Positions 11,647 through 23,088 of a stretch of 36,386 nt of DNA are shown in pieces. The stretch is from assembly GCA_000697455.1 (NCBI GenBank), contig JNET01028801.1, positions 1-36,386 on the forward strand, given 5' to 3'. Each line of letters starts with the position of its first letter. Positions within the stretch are counted from its first letter, which is position 1. The notes beneath the pieces were generated by a model that saw only the letters and a list, made by a program, of their open reading frames with translations, did not search any database and had not been told where the DNA came from. The DNA is from Basidiobolus heterosporus B8920. Taxonomy: Eukaryota. The position numbers were made by a program, and so were the translations under genes.

Positions 11647-14237
11647 CTAGAGATCCATATCGTCAATAGCAATCTCTCCAGACCCGGCCACTTCTTCAGG
11701 ATTTGCTGGTGTTTGAGATGCCGATTCTTGCTCTTGCTGTTGTTGTTGCTGTTGGCGAGTGGCAATCATTTGTGCAGAGATGAAGTTGACTTCAGTGTTG
11801 TACTGTGCTTGCACACTTCTCTTAATACGAAGCATCTCCCTATAAGTATCCTCATTACCGTGCTTGATTTCGAAGTTCTCCCAGGTTTTCCAGAAGGTGG
11901 GTACAATCTAAAATATATATCTGGGTTAGTGTACGAAGAGAAAACACGCTAGCTTTGTAAATACTTACGCGGGGATCACAGAATTGTGAGCCATACGCAT
12001 ATAAAGCTCTAGCACGGTCAATTTCACCAAGTTTCACTTCCAATTCGGCGTATCTCATACACATATCTCTGGCGTGATGATCCGGCAAAACTTCAATAGA
12101 ACGTTCATAGATCTCTCTAGTAGATGCAATGCCGAATGAGGCACTGGCCTTTGCGATGTAGAAGTTAAACATTTCAAATCTGTCTTCGTCAGAAACCGCT
12201 CTGGTGGCGCGATCGTAAATTTTCATGGCGTGCTTGGCTAAGCCATGTTCTTCCTCGAGCTTACCATACATGAGATAGAGGGGCTTGGCAAATTTGGCTG
12301 GACACTTTTCCAGCGCCTGCTCGAAAAGATCTCTAGCGCGCTCAAGCTTAGAGCCTCCAAAACGATCAAGAAACTTGGAAAGGTATATGTTCCAAATCTC
12401 AAAGGCTACAGGGTAATTGAACAGCTCTACACCACGCTCATACACCTTGAAACTCTCTTCAAAGTATTTGTTTTCTTCCAAAAAGGCTGCGTAGTTGATG
12501 ATGATTTGTGGTGTCGCGATTTTCAGGTCTAAAATCCGATCATATACGGCGCGTGTAGACTCGATAGAACCGATACTCTCCTCAAGGTCTACATAGAATG
12601 ACCAAAGCTTCAACGCCTTGAAGACACGTGCCTGAACTGGTATAGACTCGTCATGGAAACTAACTTTAGTATTCTTTGGAGGAGCAGTGGCTCGACCCAT
12701 AATCTCCGCAGCCCTGTCAAAGTTCTCGTGCTGGAGCTCCATCTCCGCGTATTCACACCAGAGATCAGCCAAATCGTTCACTGATTTGAAATTAACTAAA
12801 ACACCCTTTTCAAAGACGGCACGAGCAGTCTCCAAGTTACCGCCCTTTTCATAAAATTTGGCAAAGTTAACCCACAGTTGATTGAGTTTGCCAACCGCCT
12901 TCTTTGGATTGATAGTAGCGATGGCTGTGGTGTAGGTCTCCACAATCTTCTCGGCATTGTCTTTCCATAGAGCAACACGCTTCTCCCATTCATTAACGTT
13001 GTTAGGGTTTTGTCGAAGAAGTACGTCGTTAACAAGGAAGGGTCGTCTGTCCATCAACTTTTCGAACCTCATCAATCTCAAATCAAGGTCCAAATCCTCT
13101 TCCGGGTCTTGTTCGCCATCCTCTGCCCGTTCAGCAACCAACTCCATCTTAGAGGTTATGACGGATTCCTCGAACTCGGCGTACGCATCAAAAATCTGAG
13201 TAAAATCACGAACAGTCATGACAACATTGATCCCCTCTTCGTATACATCTCTCGCTTTTTCGAATTGATTTTGCATGATCCAATACCTAGCCAAAGAGTT
13301 CCACAATTTACCTGTCTGATCTGTGAATCTTTTGATTCCATCCCGGATGATAGGTTCGATATTTAAGGTCTTGATTTCCGTTGGATATTTACAGGCGATA
13401 TCGCAAAGCTCCATCCATAGTTGATATTTGGATTTTCCTTGGACTGATTGGAATTTATCGTCATTAGCCACCACTGCAAGTTTGGAGGTAGCCTCGTCGT
13501 AACGTTTCAACGAAATAAGTAAGTCGATATATTCCTCAATATGGTCAGGCTCCAGTTGAAGATAGCGTTTGTATATGCGTAAAGAGGTCTCTCCGCCAAC
13601 CAGACGCGCAAACCTTAAATACAGCTCCCATATTCTAGCGTGTTGGGTAATTGGAAGTGCTCGTAGGGCACGATCGAAAACTCTACGGGTCTTTGTGATA
13701 TAGCCTTGGTTGATCAAAAAGTGACAATAATCTAACCAGATGCGAGGCATCTGAATATTTCAAGTAATTGTTAAACATCTAGTAAGCATATGAATAATAA
13801 AATTTAGAAACGCACCTTGTGTAATAGTACTAGAGCTCTCTCAAAACAATTGTTGACCTTTTCGTAGGCGGGAGCAAAATCTACCGGATTCTTTCCTTTA
13901 AGAATGGAGCGTCTCAGATCGAGGTATGCTTTCCATAGCTTATAGGAACCTGGAAGTTCCTTGACAGCTCTTTCATAAATGAAGATTTTGTGTTGAAGGG
14001 AAGAATTGCTTTTGTGATCTAGATATCTTAACCAACTTTTAAGGGTATAGGGGTTTCGTAAAAGATCTTCTTCGTAGGCGATATCTTCTTCGCTCTATAG
14101 ATCAACGTTAAGGAACAAAAAATACGTGGTGTAACGTAAAACGACGTACTCGGAATTGATAAAAAAAAGGATACGATCATGTACAGAGAGGAATCCTCCA
14201 CATTGCCGACGGTGCTTTTGAGATTTTGCCCCGGCAT
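11647..14237 (-). CDS. SYF1: Pre-mRNA splicing factor SYF1/XAB2 (HAT/TPR repeats)
   Basis: Exons 14237-14175, 14094-13816, 13750-11969 and 11907-11647. Motifs [44 protein letters not shown] and [26 protein letters not shown]. Confidence 0.96.
14095..14174 (-). other. U12-type (minor spliceosome) GT-AG intron in SYF1
   Basis: 5' splice site GTATCCTTTT. Branch site TTCCTTAAC lies 12 nt before the end of the intron, with no polypyrimidine tract after it. Confidence 0.9.
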
Positions 14238-14617
14238 CTCGACAAGAAATACTCTTCAGAGACAAAGTGATTAGTTAATGTGAGCACTACTATCACTTAA
14301 CGTAATGATACGACCGCGAAATTACAAAAAATCCTCAGATTTTTTTAATAAATCGTGATTCGAGGGACCCTTTTAATGCTTTTGGTTAATTCCACTTATA
14401 ATTCAAGATATATTTAACTCAAAGATTGTCATTCCAAAAGCGCAGCTACTCTGTTCAGTTTCAATAATTTGTTTTTGACTGTTCATCTCAATTTTACCAG
14501 AGGTTGGGATTATTGATAGTTAAATTTAGATTTCTTGCGATAGCATCCTTTACTGGTGTATTTTTTATCTTCAAACTTATTAGTCCTGATAGTGCTTCGA
14601 ACTGTTTGAGGTCAATC

Positions 14618-16797
14618 ATGTCTTTAGACCAAGACACCTTACCCTCTCAGCCGGCTCTATTCGATGAGGAAATCCCCAAAACAATTAGTGGCCTTCTACG
14701 ACGAATGGCAGCCGAGCTTAATTGTCCTATATGGTAGTTTTCTAATGCGTGCATATATATGCATAACTGAGAGATTGACATACATTGTTTCGTTGATATT
14801 AGTCTTGGAATATTACGAGATCCTTATTCCACGCAATGCAACCACTTATTCTGCCAAGAGTGTATTCACCATTCACTTCAAATGAATCTAGCAACCTGTC
14901 CACTTTGCAAAACTCCAATCACCAAAAGAGGCCTAAACAAAATGGAATCAACTGGAGAACTGGCCGATGCATATCAGGAATTATTAGATTCATACGAAGA
15001 GGTGACAGGTGCCGGTGAGTAAGCACACCTACTACAGCATTTTAACATTCACGAACTTAGCCTCCTACATAGCACTATCTCAGGAGAGACAACACAACGA
15101 ATGGCAGTGCGACCCAATTCCCAACCTTTCCCAAGCATATCCCTATCCAACAAAGGAGAACGCTGAAGTGAAAGAAAACGAACCATCAGGTAGCCCAATT
15201 AAGAGACGACGCGGAAGAAATAAAGGAAAAGCCAAGTTGGAGCCAATGGACATTGAGCAGGTAAGAAATTCAAAGTGGATATCGCTGACCGTTAAAATTA
15301 ATTCAATATTCAACAAATTTTGCTTAGCCTGCTTTGGGAGACGGTATGAAGCATAAAACTGCGTTTAAACCTGAGAATTCTAAACGAAAACCCCTCGTTT
15401 CTCCCTCAGGTATGATATTCAATCATCTTTAACATCCAGGCTCGGTTTATTAACTTTTACCTCTTCGTAGATAAAAGCAGTAACTCTCGTAAGTCCGATC
15501 AACGAGGCTTGTCATATACTTTATTAACATTTCGGAATATCTAGCACATATTCAATATGACCCGAGTTTATCGGTAGATATTGACCCTTCTCAGGTCGAG
15601 CCTTCTACACAGGTACTTGAAAAATGAGAATGGTACAAACCGAGCTAACGTGATACTAAACTACTCTATTGAGTAGAATCTCATGTTGCTGCAACAGTTA
15701 GTTTCGGATGTTGATGTAGTTTTGGCCGAGTTGAATAGTAATGTGTTTCTTAAGCTAATGATTCCAAAATAATGAACCCTATGATTAACCAAATACAATA
15801 GATGAAGGATCACCAAAGAGCGCACTCCAGAACGACACTCAAGATACATCGCCAGGATCGCCTTCCAACGCAAGGTGCTCGTCGCCAGATTTATTTGATT
15901 CTTCTGAAGCAACCTCACAAAATCAAGATACCCAAGAGACTCCCGTCATTTTGGGGACGATGCTCAAGGCCTCCCAAACCGTATGGCAACGAATCCTTGA
16001 TTTTATTCAATCACAATGCATTCATTAATGCTACTTTTTTAAGAAAAAACTAAACTCTGCTGCCAAAAAACTCAGCGCCTCAATCGTCACCGAATTCACG
16101 AAAGATGTAACTCATTTAGTCACAGAAGCGGGTACCTTCACGATTCACTAGAATTTGCCTTTTTTCGTCGACACTAATAGAACCGTTAGTCAAAGGTACC
16201 TCAAGACGTACTATGAAGTATTTCTTGGCTATATTGCATGGACGCTGGCTTGTAAATTATCAATGTAACTCTCGAGCGTTTATTACCCCGCTTCGTAAGA
16301 GATATATCTTAATTAATCTTGATGTAAACAGGGATAGAAGATTCGCTCAACCGTAACGAATGGCTTGATGAAAGTATCTATGAAGTTATTGGAGATGAAC
16401 ATTTTTCGAATTATGGGCCCAAACGTGCACGACAAAGTCTAAAAAATGGGGTAACTCTTCATGGATCTACTCCATCACATAGCCAATTGCTCATGATTTA
16501 GTTCCAATCTAGGAACCAAGACTATTCCAGGACCAACAATATTTCTTGGCTGGTGAATTTAAACAGCCGTCTCGTGACGACCTAGTGATGCTGTTGGATG
16601 CAGGTGGGGCCATCGTATTGGATCAATGCCCCGCTCCTAACAATCAGCAACAAGTACGGGTGATATGTGACAACAAAACCGCAATGCGAACAAAGAACAA
16701 GTACAGAGAGCAGTATTCTTGTGAAGTGATCTTTGCCAACTGGGTTCTTGACAGCATCAGTAACTATAAACTGATCGACACTGCGGCATATTACTAG
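14618..16797 (+). CDS. BRCA1: BRCA1-like protein (C3HC4 RING + tandem BRCT), ~496 aa, 12 exons
   Basis: Spliced RING: CPICLGILRDPYSTQCNHLFCQECIHHSLQMNLATCPLCKTPITKRGL. BRCT1/linker: VTHLV..RRTMKYFLAILHGRWLVNYQWIEDSL..YEVIGD..YGPKRARQS. BRCT2 ends WVLDSISNY. Exons 14618-14733, 14803-15014, 15073-15260, 15328-15409, 15471-15488, 15545-15612, 15677-15737, 15802-15980, 16044-16131, 16190-16264, 16332-16450 and 16513-16797 sum to 1491 nt in frame. Confidence 0.85.
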
Positions 16798-17315
16798 GGC
16801 ACTTCCATTAGTGAGCTACCGGGCCATAACGTAGTGCAACCACATGAAGGCCACTTTATTTGACCATTACTTCACATGAATGACTGCTTCAAACACTGTA
16901 GACAATTAACTCTGAACATTGCTTGCTGCTTTTTGAGTTAATTCGTGTTCCCTTGAAAATTGTAAATATTCCGAGTGGCTGCACTCCATGCTATTCTGTG
17001 AAATACAAAGAAATCAGACCTTAACTAGCAGTAAGTCGTGCGATGTTTAATCTGTATATTAGTGTTTATGTGAGTGCTTTGAGTACAACTTGGGAATTGC
17101 CATTCTTTAAGGTTTGAAACAACATGAGAGGATTTGAGTATCCAGAAGGAAGAGAAATTATTAAAAGATTGCTATGGGATGTAGATGAAATCTACTGAGG
17201 CAAAATAGGGCAATGGGCCACATACAAGTTGGTCAAACTTACGTTACTTTTTGTGCATATTTAACTAAATGAAATGAGGGAAGAGATGAATGGGGGCGTC
17301 GAGGTGCTGAAGAAG

Positions 17316-18093
17316 CTAAAGAATGATACACTTTTTTTTACGCTTATCCGAACGTCCAGGGGTTTGTCGATTAATCTGTCGTACGAGTTCAAAAAACGCT
17401 TCGTCGACATTGTTTCTTTTACGAGCCGACGTTTCGAAGAAAGTGGCTCCGGGCCAGTGTTGTGCTAACTCCGAGCCAACCTCACGCGAGACACATCGAT
17501 CGCTCTCTAAATCCGATTTATTCCCTACAAGTACAGTAGGAACCTAATCCAAAAAAGGTGACCAGATTAATTGGGTTTTCTATAGCAGGACAGTGGTAGC
17601 CAAATATGGTATCTGAAGGTTCGAATATAGAAAGCCGACTAATTAAATTTACCTGCTCTGAGTCTTTAACTCGAACGATTTGCTCTCTTAGTTCAGCTAA
17701 ATCGTTGAAAGTAGCCATAGAGGTGATGGAATAGACTAGTACAAAACCCTGGCCATTTTTCATGTAAAGGTCACGCATAGCAGTGAATTGTTCTGTGCCA
17801 GCAGTATCCAAAATCTCTAACATGCATTGCTGTCCATCTATCTCTACTTGTTTTCTGTAAGAATCCTCGATGGTTGGATCATACTTTTCTACGAATATTG
17901 ATTGAACGAATTGAACGGTCTAAAATAGAGAACAGTGGGATAAGCAACAAGTAATAAATACTTGCAGACACAAAACTCAAGAGTGGGAAACAGAGGAGCA
18001 GACGTGAACTTGAGGAAGGGTGTAAAATATACTTACCAACGCAGATTTACCAACACCACCAGAACCAAGAACAACTAATTTGTATTCACGCAT
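17316..18093 (-). CDS. RAP1: Rap1/Rsr1-type Ras GTPase
   Basis: Exons 18093-18037, 17919-17653 and 17543-17316. [38 protein letters not shown] (Rap-specific Thr61), NKSD, ETSA and the CaaX end KKKCIIL. Confidence 0.96.
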
Positions 18094-18879
18094 AGTAAAG
18101 AATAAGAAGTAGACTACCGTCCAAAGAAGTTGTTATTACTGACTCTCTGTTATTGTTCAGACTAAACAAAATAAGTAGGGGAGGAAGGAGGAAACAAGAG
18201 ATGGAATGCTAATCGGGAAGTTATAGAGTTGTGTTATGTAGAAATTGTAAAGAGAAGAGGAATACAAGTCAAAAAGACCAGCAGCAAACCCAGCAAGAGT
18301 GGCACGGAACTAGCGCATTGATTACCTGGCTGGGATCAAACAAGGGGGAGTAAGATAGGAGAGAACAGGGGGGAAATGATTCCCCAGTTCAGTATTAAAC
18401 CAACTCTGGATCAGCATATGTTTAGAGAAGCGTCTAATTGTATGACCACGTGTTACAAAAGAAGTGACCAAAGTACTAATCCGTCAAAAAGCATCAATTA
18501 GTGATGCTTGTAATATGAAATAATTACTCTGACAACCATTTAATGTTACTCGAATGCGACTTTCTCCGCTATCTGAGCCACCACCTCAGAAACCGAGCAA
18601 CCTATTGTCATTAGCAGTGATTGATTCGCTAGGTGGCTTTGTAATTGTGTGATATTCTAGGCACCTTGAATGTCCTACCAACCAACTCTCGTATTTATCA
18701 ACGAGAGCCAGGACAAGCAGTTTTACTGTGAAATCGACAGTCCAGCAACGAGCCACTTAATCAAGATTTCTGATTCAAACATTTCAATTCAACTGAAAAA
18801 AGAAAAAAAAAGTGAAATTCATTCTGGAACTTTAAATAGATTAAGTTGATCAGGTATATCTCTTAAACTAAACTTTAGT

Positions 18880-21047
18880 ATGCCTTCTGAAGCTGAAGTT
18901 GAACGTGAAGGTATAGACCCAGAAACTCCAAAAAAACTTTCTAAAAACTCCCTTACGCGTCACCTAAGCCGAGAATTACGAGCACGTTTAGAAGAGTATT
19001 ACACTTGTAATCCTTACCCCAGTCCATATGAATACAATGTAATTTGTGATGATTGTTCCATTGGACAAGAGGTATGTCGCGTTCGAAAACATCCAAAAAA
19101 TAGCACCAATATTCATTTGCTTCTCTTTACTTGAAGTCTGCGAAGGCTTGGTTCATAAACAGACGAAAAAAAGCCTTTAGGAGTCAGGAAAGTTGTCTAA
19201 GCATTACTGTTGTAGAAAAACTTCGCGCTTTTATATTGGCCACTACTTCTCCTACTGATGAACAACTGACTACTGTTGCAGAGGAGCTTGGCACTACCTC
19301 GGAGACAGTGAGAGCTTTTTGGAAACTTTATTATCCACCAACCAACCAACGCGTCGATCACCTTACTCCTACAGATTTTGAGGTCATTAATTCTAGTAAG
19401 AAAAATACACTTTCTCCTTACCTCGAACCTATTTTCCAGCAGAATCAGTATCCGTCTAAACAAGAGTATACTCGAATTGCTTACAAGTTGGGAGTGAATA
19501 GGAAGGTACATTGAATCTACCCCACCCCACACCCTGAGCATATCTCTTTAACTTGCTTAACTCCATCCAGAAAATCACTTTATGGTTCATAAACAGACGG
19601 AGCCAATTACGTCAGAAAGGGATCGAAATCATATCTCCGGTAGTTTGTAGAGCTCCAGAAGGCGATACAGAAAAGCTTAATGAATCGTGTGAAAAAGTTT
19701 ATGCCGATACAGTCTATCCGCCAGTTTCCGTAATGGAGCAGATTGCCAGTGAAAATGAAGTAACTCTACGAGTAAGTGTAGTTTACGATGATTTGAATTC
19801 GCTCAATATATCTAACTATTTCCTCGTTGGTATTAGAGAGTCAAACGCTGGTTTTCAAAACGACGCGAACGTGATAGAAACAATGGGATCGATATCAAAC
19901 CGATGCTAATCAAGTACACTCCTGAGGCGTCACAGACTTTGCACGACTATTACGAACAAACACCATTTCCAAGTCCTGAACAGTTACACGAACTTGCAGA
20001 ACACCTGAAACGAAGTGAAAAGGTAAGAGATTCAACCTGACTCTTATATACGCTATATCAGTATAGTAACTTTATATTAGTCAGTCTCCCAGTGGTTTTA
20101 TAGACGTAGGGCTGAAGATCGCGAGCGAGGAATAGACTTGAGTCAGCATCCATTGAATCCCCATCCTAAAGTGATTTCTGAAAAAAGAAAAGCTGACGAG
20201 AAAATTGTAAAGCCCAAAAACAAACGGGCAATCAAATTGGCTAGGTTTCCGGAGTCAGTTGTAGAAGCTATGAGTAAGCTTTACGATGAATGCCATGGAT
20301 ACCCCACTTCTATACAACGTAGAGAGTTGGCAGAGCAACTTGGTATCGACTATCTGAAAATCAATGCTTGGTTTCGTGAACGGCAATCAAGAGTAGGCCA
20401 GTACAGTGACCCTCTTCATCTGGCTGTAGAGGAGCTACACAAGAAGGTCAAATACCCCTCTCGGGAGATGATTCAAGAACTTGCAGATCAATACAACGAA
20501 ACATTCCAGGTAAGGGCAGATGCAAGTGATGTCCGAGCGTTTCTTTCAAATAACAGACATTCGTTTTCATTGCAGAATATCGAGCGATGGTTTAAAGAAC
20601 TGCGTCGTAGGGACCGTAAATCCGATTTGGAGAATCGAAGAGAGGGTCACTCATTATTTAGTCCAGAAGTGGTGGCTGAGCTAGAGAATGTTTTTGAACG
20701 TACCCCGTATCCCAATCATCAGCAGATCATTGAACTCGCTAACCGTATGGACTTGTCGATCCATGCTCTTCGTGGTTGGTTTACCAATAGGAGATTAAAT
20801 GGAATAACGGAAAGTTCAGGTAGGTGGCTAAAGATGGTTTCCATTCGAATTCGTTTACTTACTCGTACGCTTCTATTCTCTAGTGGCAATTGATTTATCC
20901 CAAACAGCAACCAACTTGCCAAAATCGATACTGTTCTTGGCATTGAATCGCCGCATCCAAGATCTTGAAAACGAGTTGGCGGAGCGGCAGCAAAAATTAA
21001 TCAAGCAAGAACCTATGGGACTGGCCGTAGATTATGCGCTGATGTAG
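18880..21047 (+). CDS. Multi-homeodomain protein (8 tandem homeodomains + C-terminal coiled coil), ~594 aa
   Basis: Exons 18880-19071, 19137-19505, 19571-19771, 19837-20022, 20081-20509, 20576-20819 and 20884-21047 (1785 nt, in frame). Repeated (Y/F)P...WF motifs at homeodomain spacing: WFINRR, WFINRR, WFSKRR, WFYRRR, WFRERQ, WFKELR, WFTNRR, plus one degenerate copy (VRAFWK). Confidence 0.88.
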
Positions 21048-21352
21048 CTGTATAGTCAACATTGGTTTCCAGAATAGATTCTTTTAATTTGGCATTCATT
21101 ATAGTAGTATTCACTAGACAGAAAGTACTGGTTCGATTGTAAATAAAATGGGCATCGTGATATAGAATAGAACAGAACAGGATTATGAAGATCTATGTAA
21201 TCAAAAACAATGACAGCGTAGTAGCTAAATGTTGTCGTGTGATCTTGTAAATAGATGAAAATCATCTACTACTTGGAAATGAAATCAACAAAACTAGTGA
21301 GACCGGGAGATATTTGAATGAAAGAGTCTTTGTTCTCACTTCTAAGATATCC

Positions 21353-22539
21353 CTACCTGTTATCAGGTTTTCCAGAGGGGGTTGTTTCTTGAATGGAGCT
21401 TGCAGAATGAACGGAAGAAACTGATGAGTAACCTGCTCTCATTTGTATCCCTTCTTCATCCTCCGAGATCCCCCAGCTTGGTTTACGTAGGATCTGTCGA
21501 TACGTTTCTGCAATCAAGTGAGCATCTTTGGTAGTGAGACGTAATGAATTTAATCGTCGTGGGCTTCTGTTGTCTGATAGGGTATCGCCGACGATATCAT
21601 CTCGAGAAGAACCTTTCGCAGTAGTGGCTTTGACCGAGGGTTTCCTATTGCGCTTACGATAATACATCAAAGCAGTGAGACGTTAAGAATATGCTAGTTG
21701 GTAGAAATGCCATGTTGAATGGTACGCTATGTTACGGTAAAAGGATATATTCCTGCTGCTACCAGTATCGCTACACACCCTATCGAAATCCCAGCAATCG
21801 CACCACTCGATAGACCTGCAGAGTGGTCATCATTCAGATGGGGATTACTGGGAGTTATAGGAGTTGTAGAAGTTGTAGCGGTTGGGGTCGAGTTGATTGT
21901 AGTGGAGGTCAATGGAGGTTGTGTCGCTGTTTCGTTCGTAGAAGGAAGATCTTTCAAGAAACCATTATAATACTGACTCACCAGGTGAAGTATCTTTAAG
22001 AACTCATACCTTGAATAAAAAAGAAAGGCCCTACTTTTTTGTTGGTTGTGCCGTCGCCAGCAACTGTAATCAACAACGTATATATTCTAGTGACTACCGT
22101 ATTGTTTGGACGATTTAGTACCGGTGCAAATATAGGTGGCTGTATGTTTGGATCCAGATAAAGAGACATGTAGCCATCTCCATTGGTAGTATTCAACCGT
22201 TCCAGAACAGGGCTTCGCAAATTTGTTGCATCATAGAGTCGTATGTCAATATAGCCTTGTACTACGAAGGTCGGATATGTAGGATTCCAACGTATTACGC
22301 CAAAATTTGTCATAGTCCAAGTGTCATTGGCTTGAGGCAGACAATAAATCTCCGGACCACAAGTAGGCTCATCTATGGTAAAAACATCAGGATTACATTC
22401 CAAGAATAAGCATGTTAGAATATATACCCCCACGACGCTTTAGCTGTTTAGCGAAGCTTGTTGAAGTCCGACCGAATACCAAGAGAACGAGTAAAAGTGT
22501 ATAAACTACATGAGAACGCAATGATACTTTAAAGCGCAT
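21353..22539 (-). CDS. Single-pass type I membrane protein (signal peptide, Ser/Thr stalk, Mid2-like TM segment), ~332 aa
   Basis: Exons 22539-22428, 22372-22010, 21950-21749 and 21674-21353 (999 nt). Hydrophobic N-terminus followed by KRR, a T/S/P-rich stalk, LSSGAIAGISIGCVAILVAAGIALMYY-RKR, and a cytosolic DAHLIAETYRQILRKPSW motif. Confidence 0.82.
21675..21748 (-). other. U12-type AT-AC intron
   Basis: 5' splice site ATATCCTTTT, branch TTCTTAAC and 3' end TCTCAC. Removing it restores the TM helix in frame (AAG-I-ALMYYRKR). Confidence 0.9.
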
Positions 22540-23088
22540 CTTGAATTGTCAGCAGCCTCTTTGTTGTCGAAATCTGACTTTGCTGCTCTATATTTTGCTA
22601 TAGTGAGGGTTATTTCGCAAGGTACATGTAAGCAGAAAATGAAGGCTCTTTAGTAGAAGATATTACGAAGAGTGCTTGTTCGAGAATATGATTATGTTGG
22701 TACTTTGGTGGAGGCAGAATCCTTCGGACAGTACGCATAAATACACAACATATAAGTGATAACCAATCATCTATAAAAAGGATATGAGATTTCCTTACAA
22801 GTCTATTTCCTGTATTAGCCTGCATTCGTTTGCTAATAATAGGCAGCGATGTCTAGCATAAAAAGCTGAAAGCCATATGACCTCTAATCATCCATCAACT
22901 CACCCTCGTCAAGTTGGGAGGTTTTAAATAACTTTATTAGCCATGTATATTAAAGTGCGTAAAGTGCGTAATGAGGACGGATGGATAGATTATTTGATAT
23001 AAGCCATTTGGCAGTATATCTATTGACCAGTTATTCAGGAAAAATACACAATGCAAGTACAGGAATTGGTAAGGATTCGCGAACTAAA

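Noticed and set aside
11728..11755. Poly-Q (CAA/CAG) tract at the SYF1 C-terminus
   Set aside because: Short low-complexity tail, common and uninformative.
22373..22427. Apparent non-canonical acceptor in the first intron of the Mid2-like gene
   Set aside because: A canonical 55-nt GTATAT..CATAG intron restores the frame.
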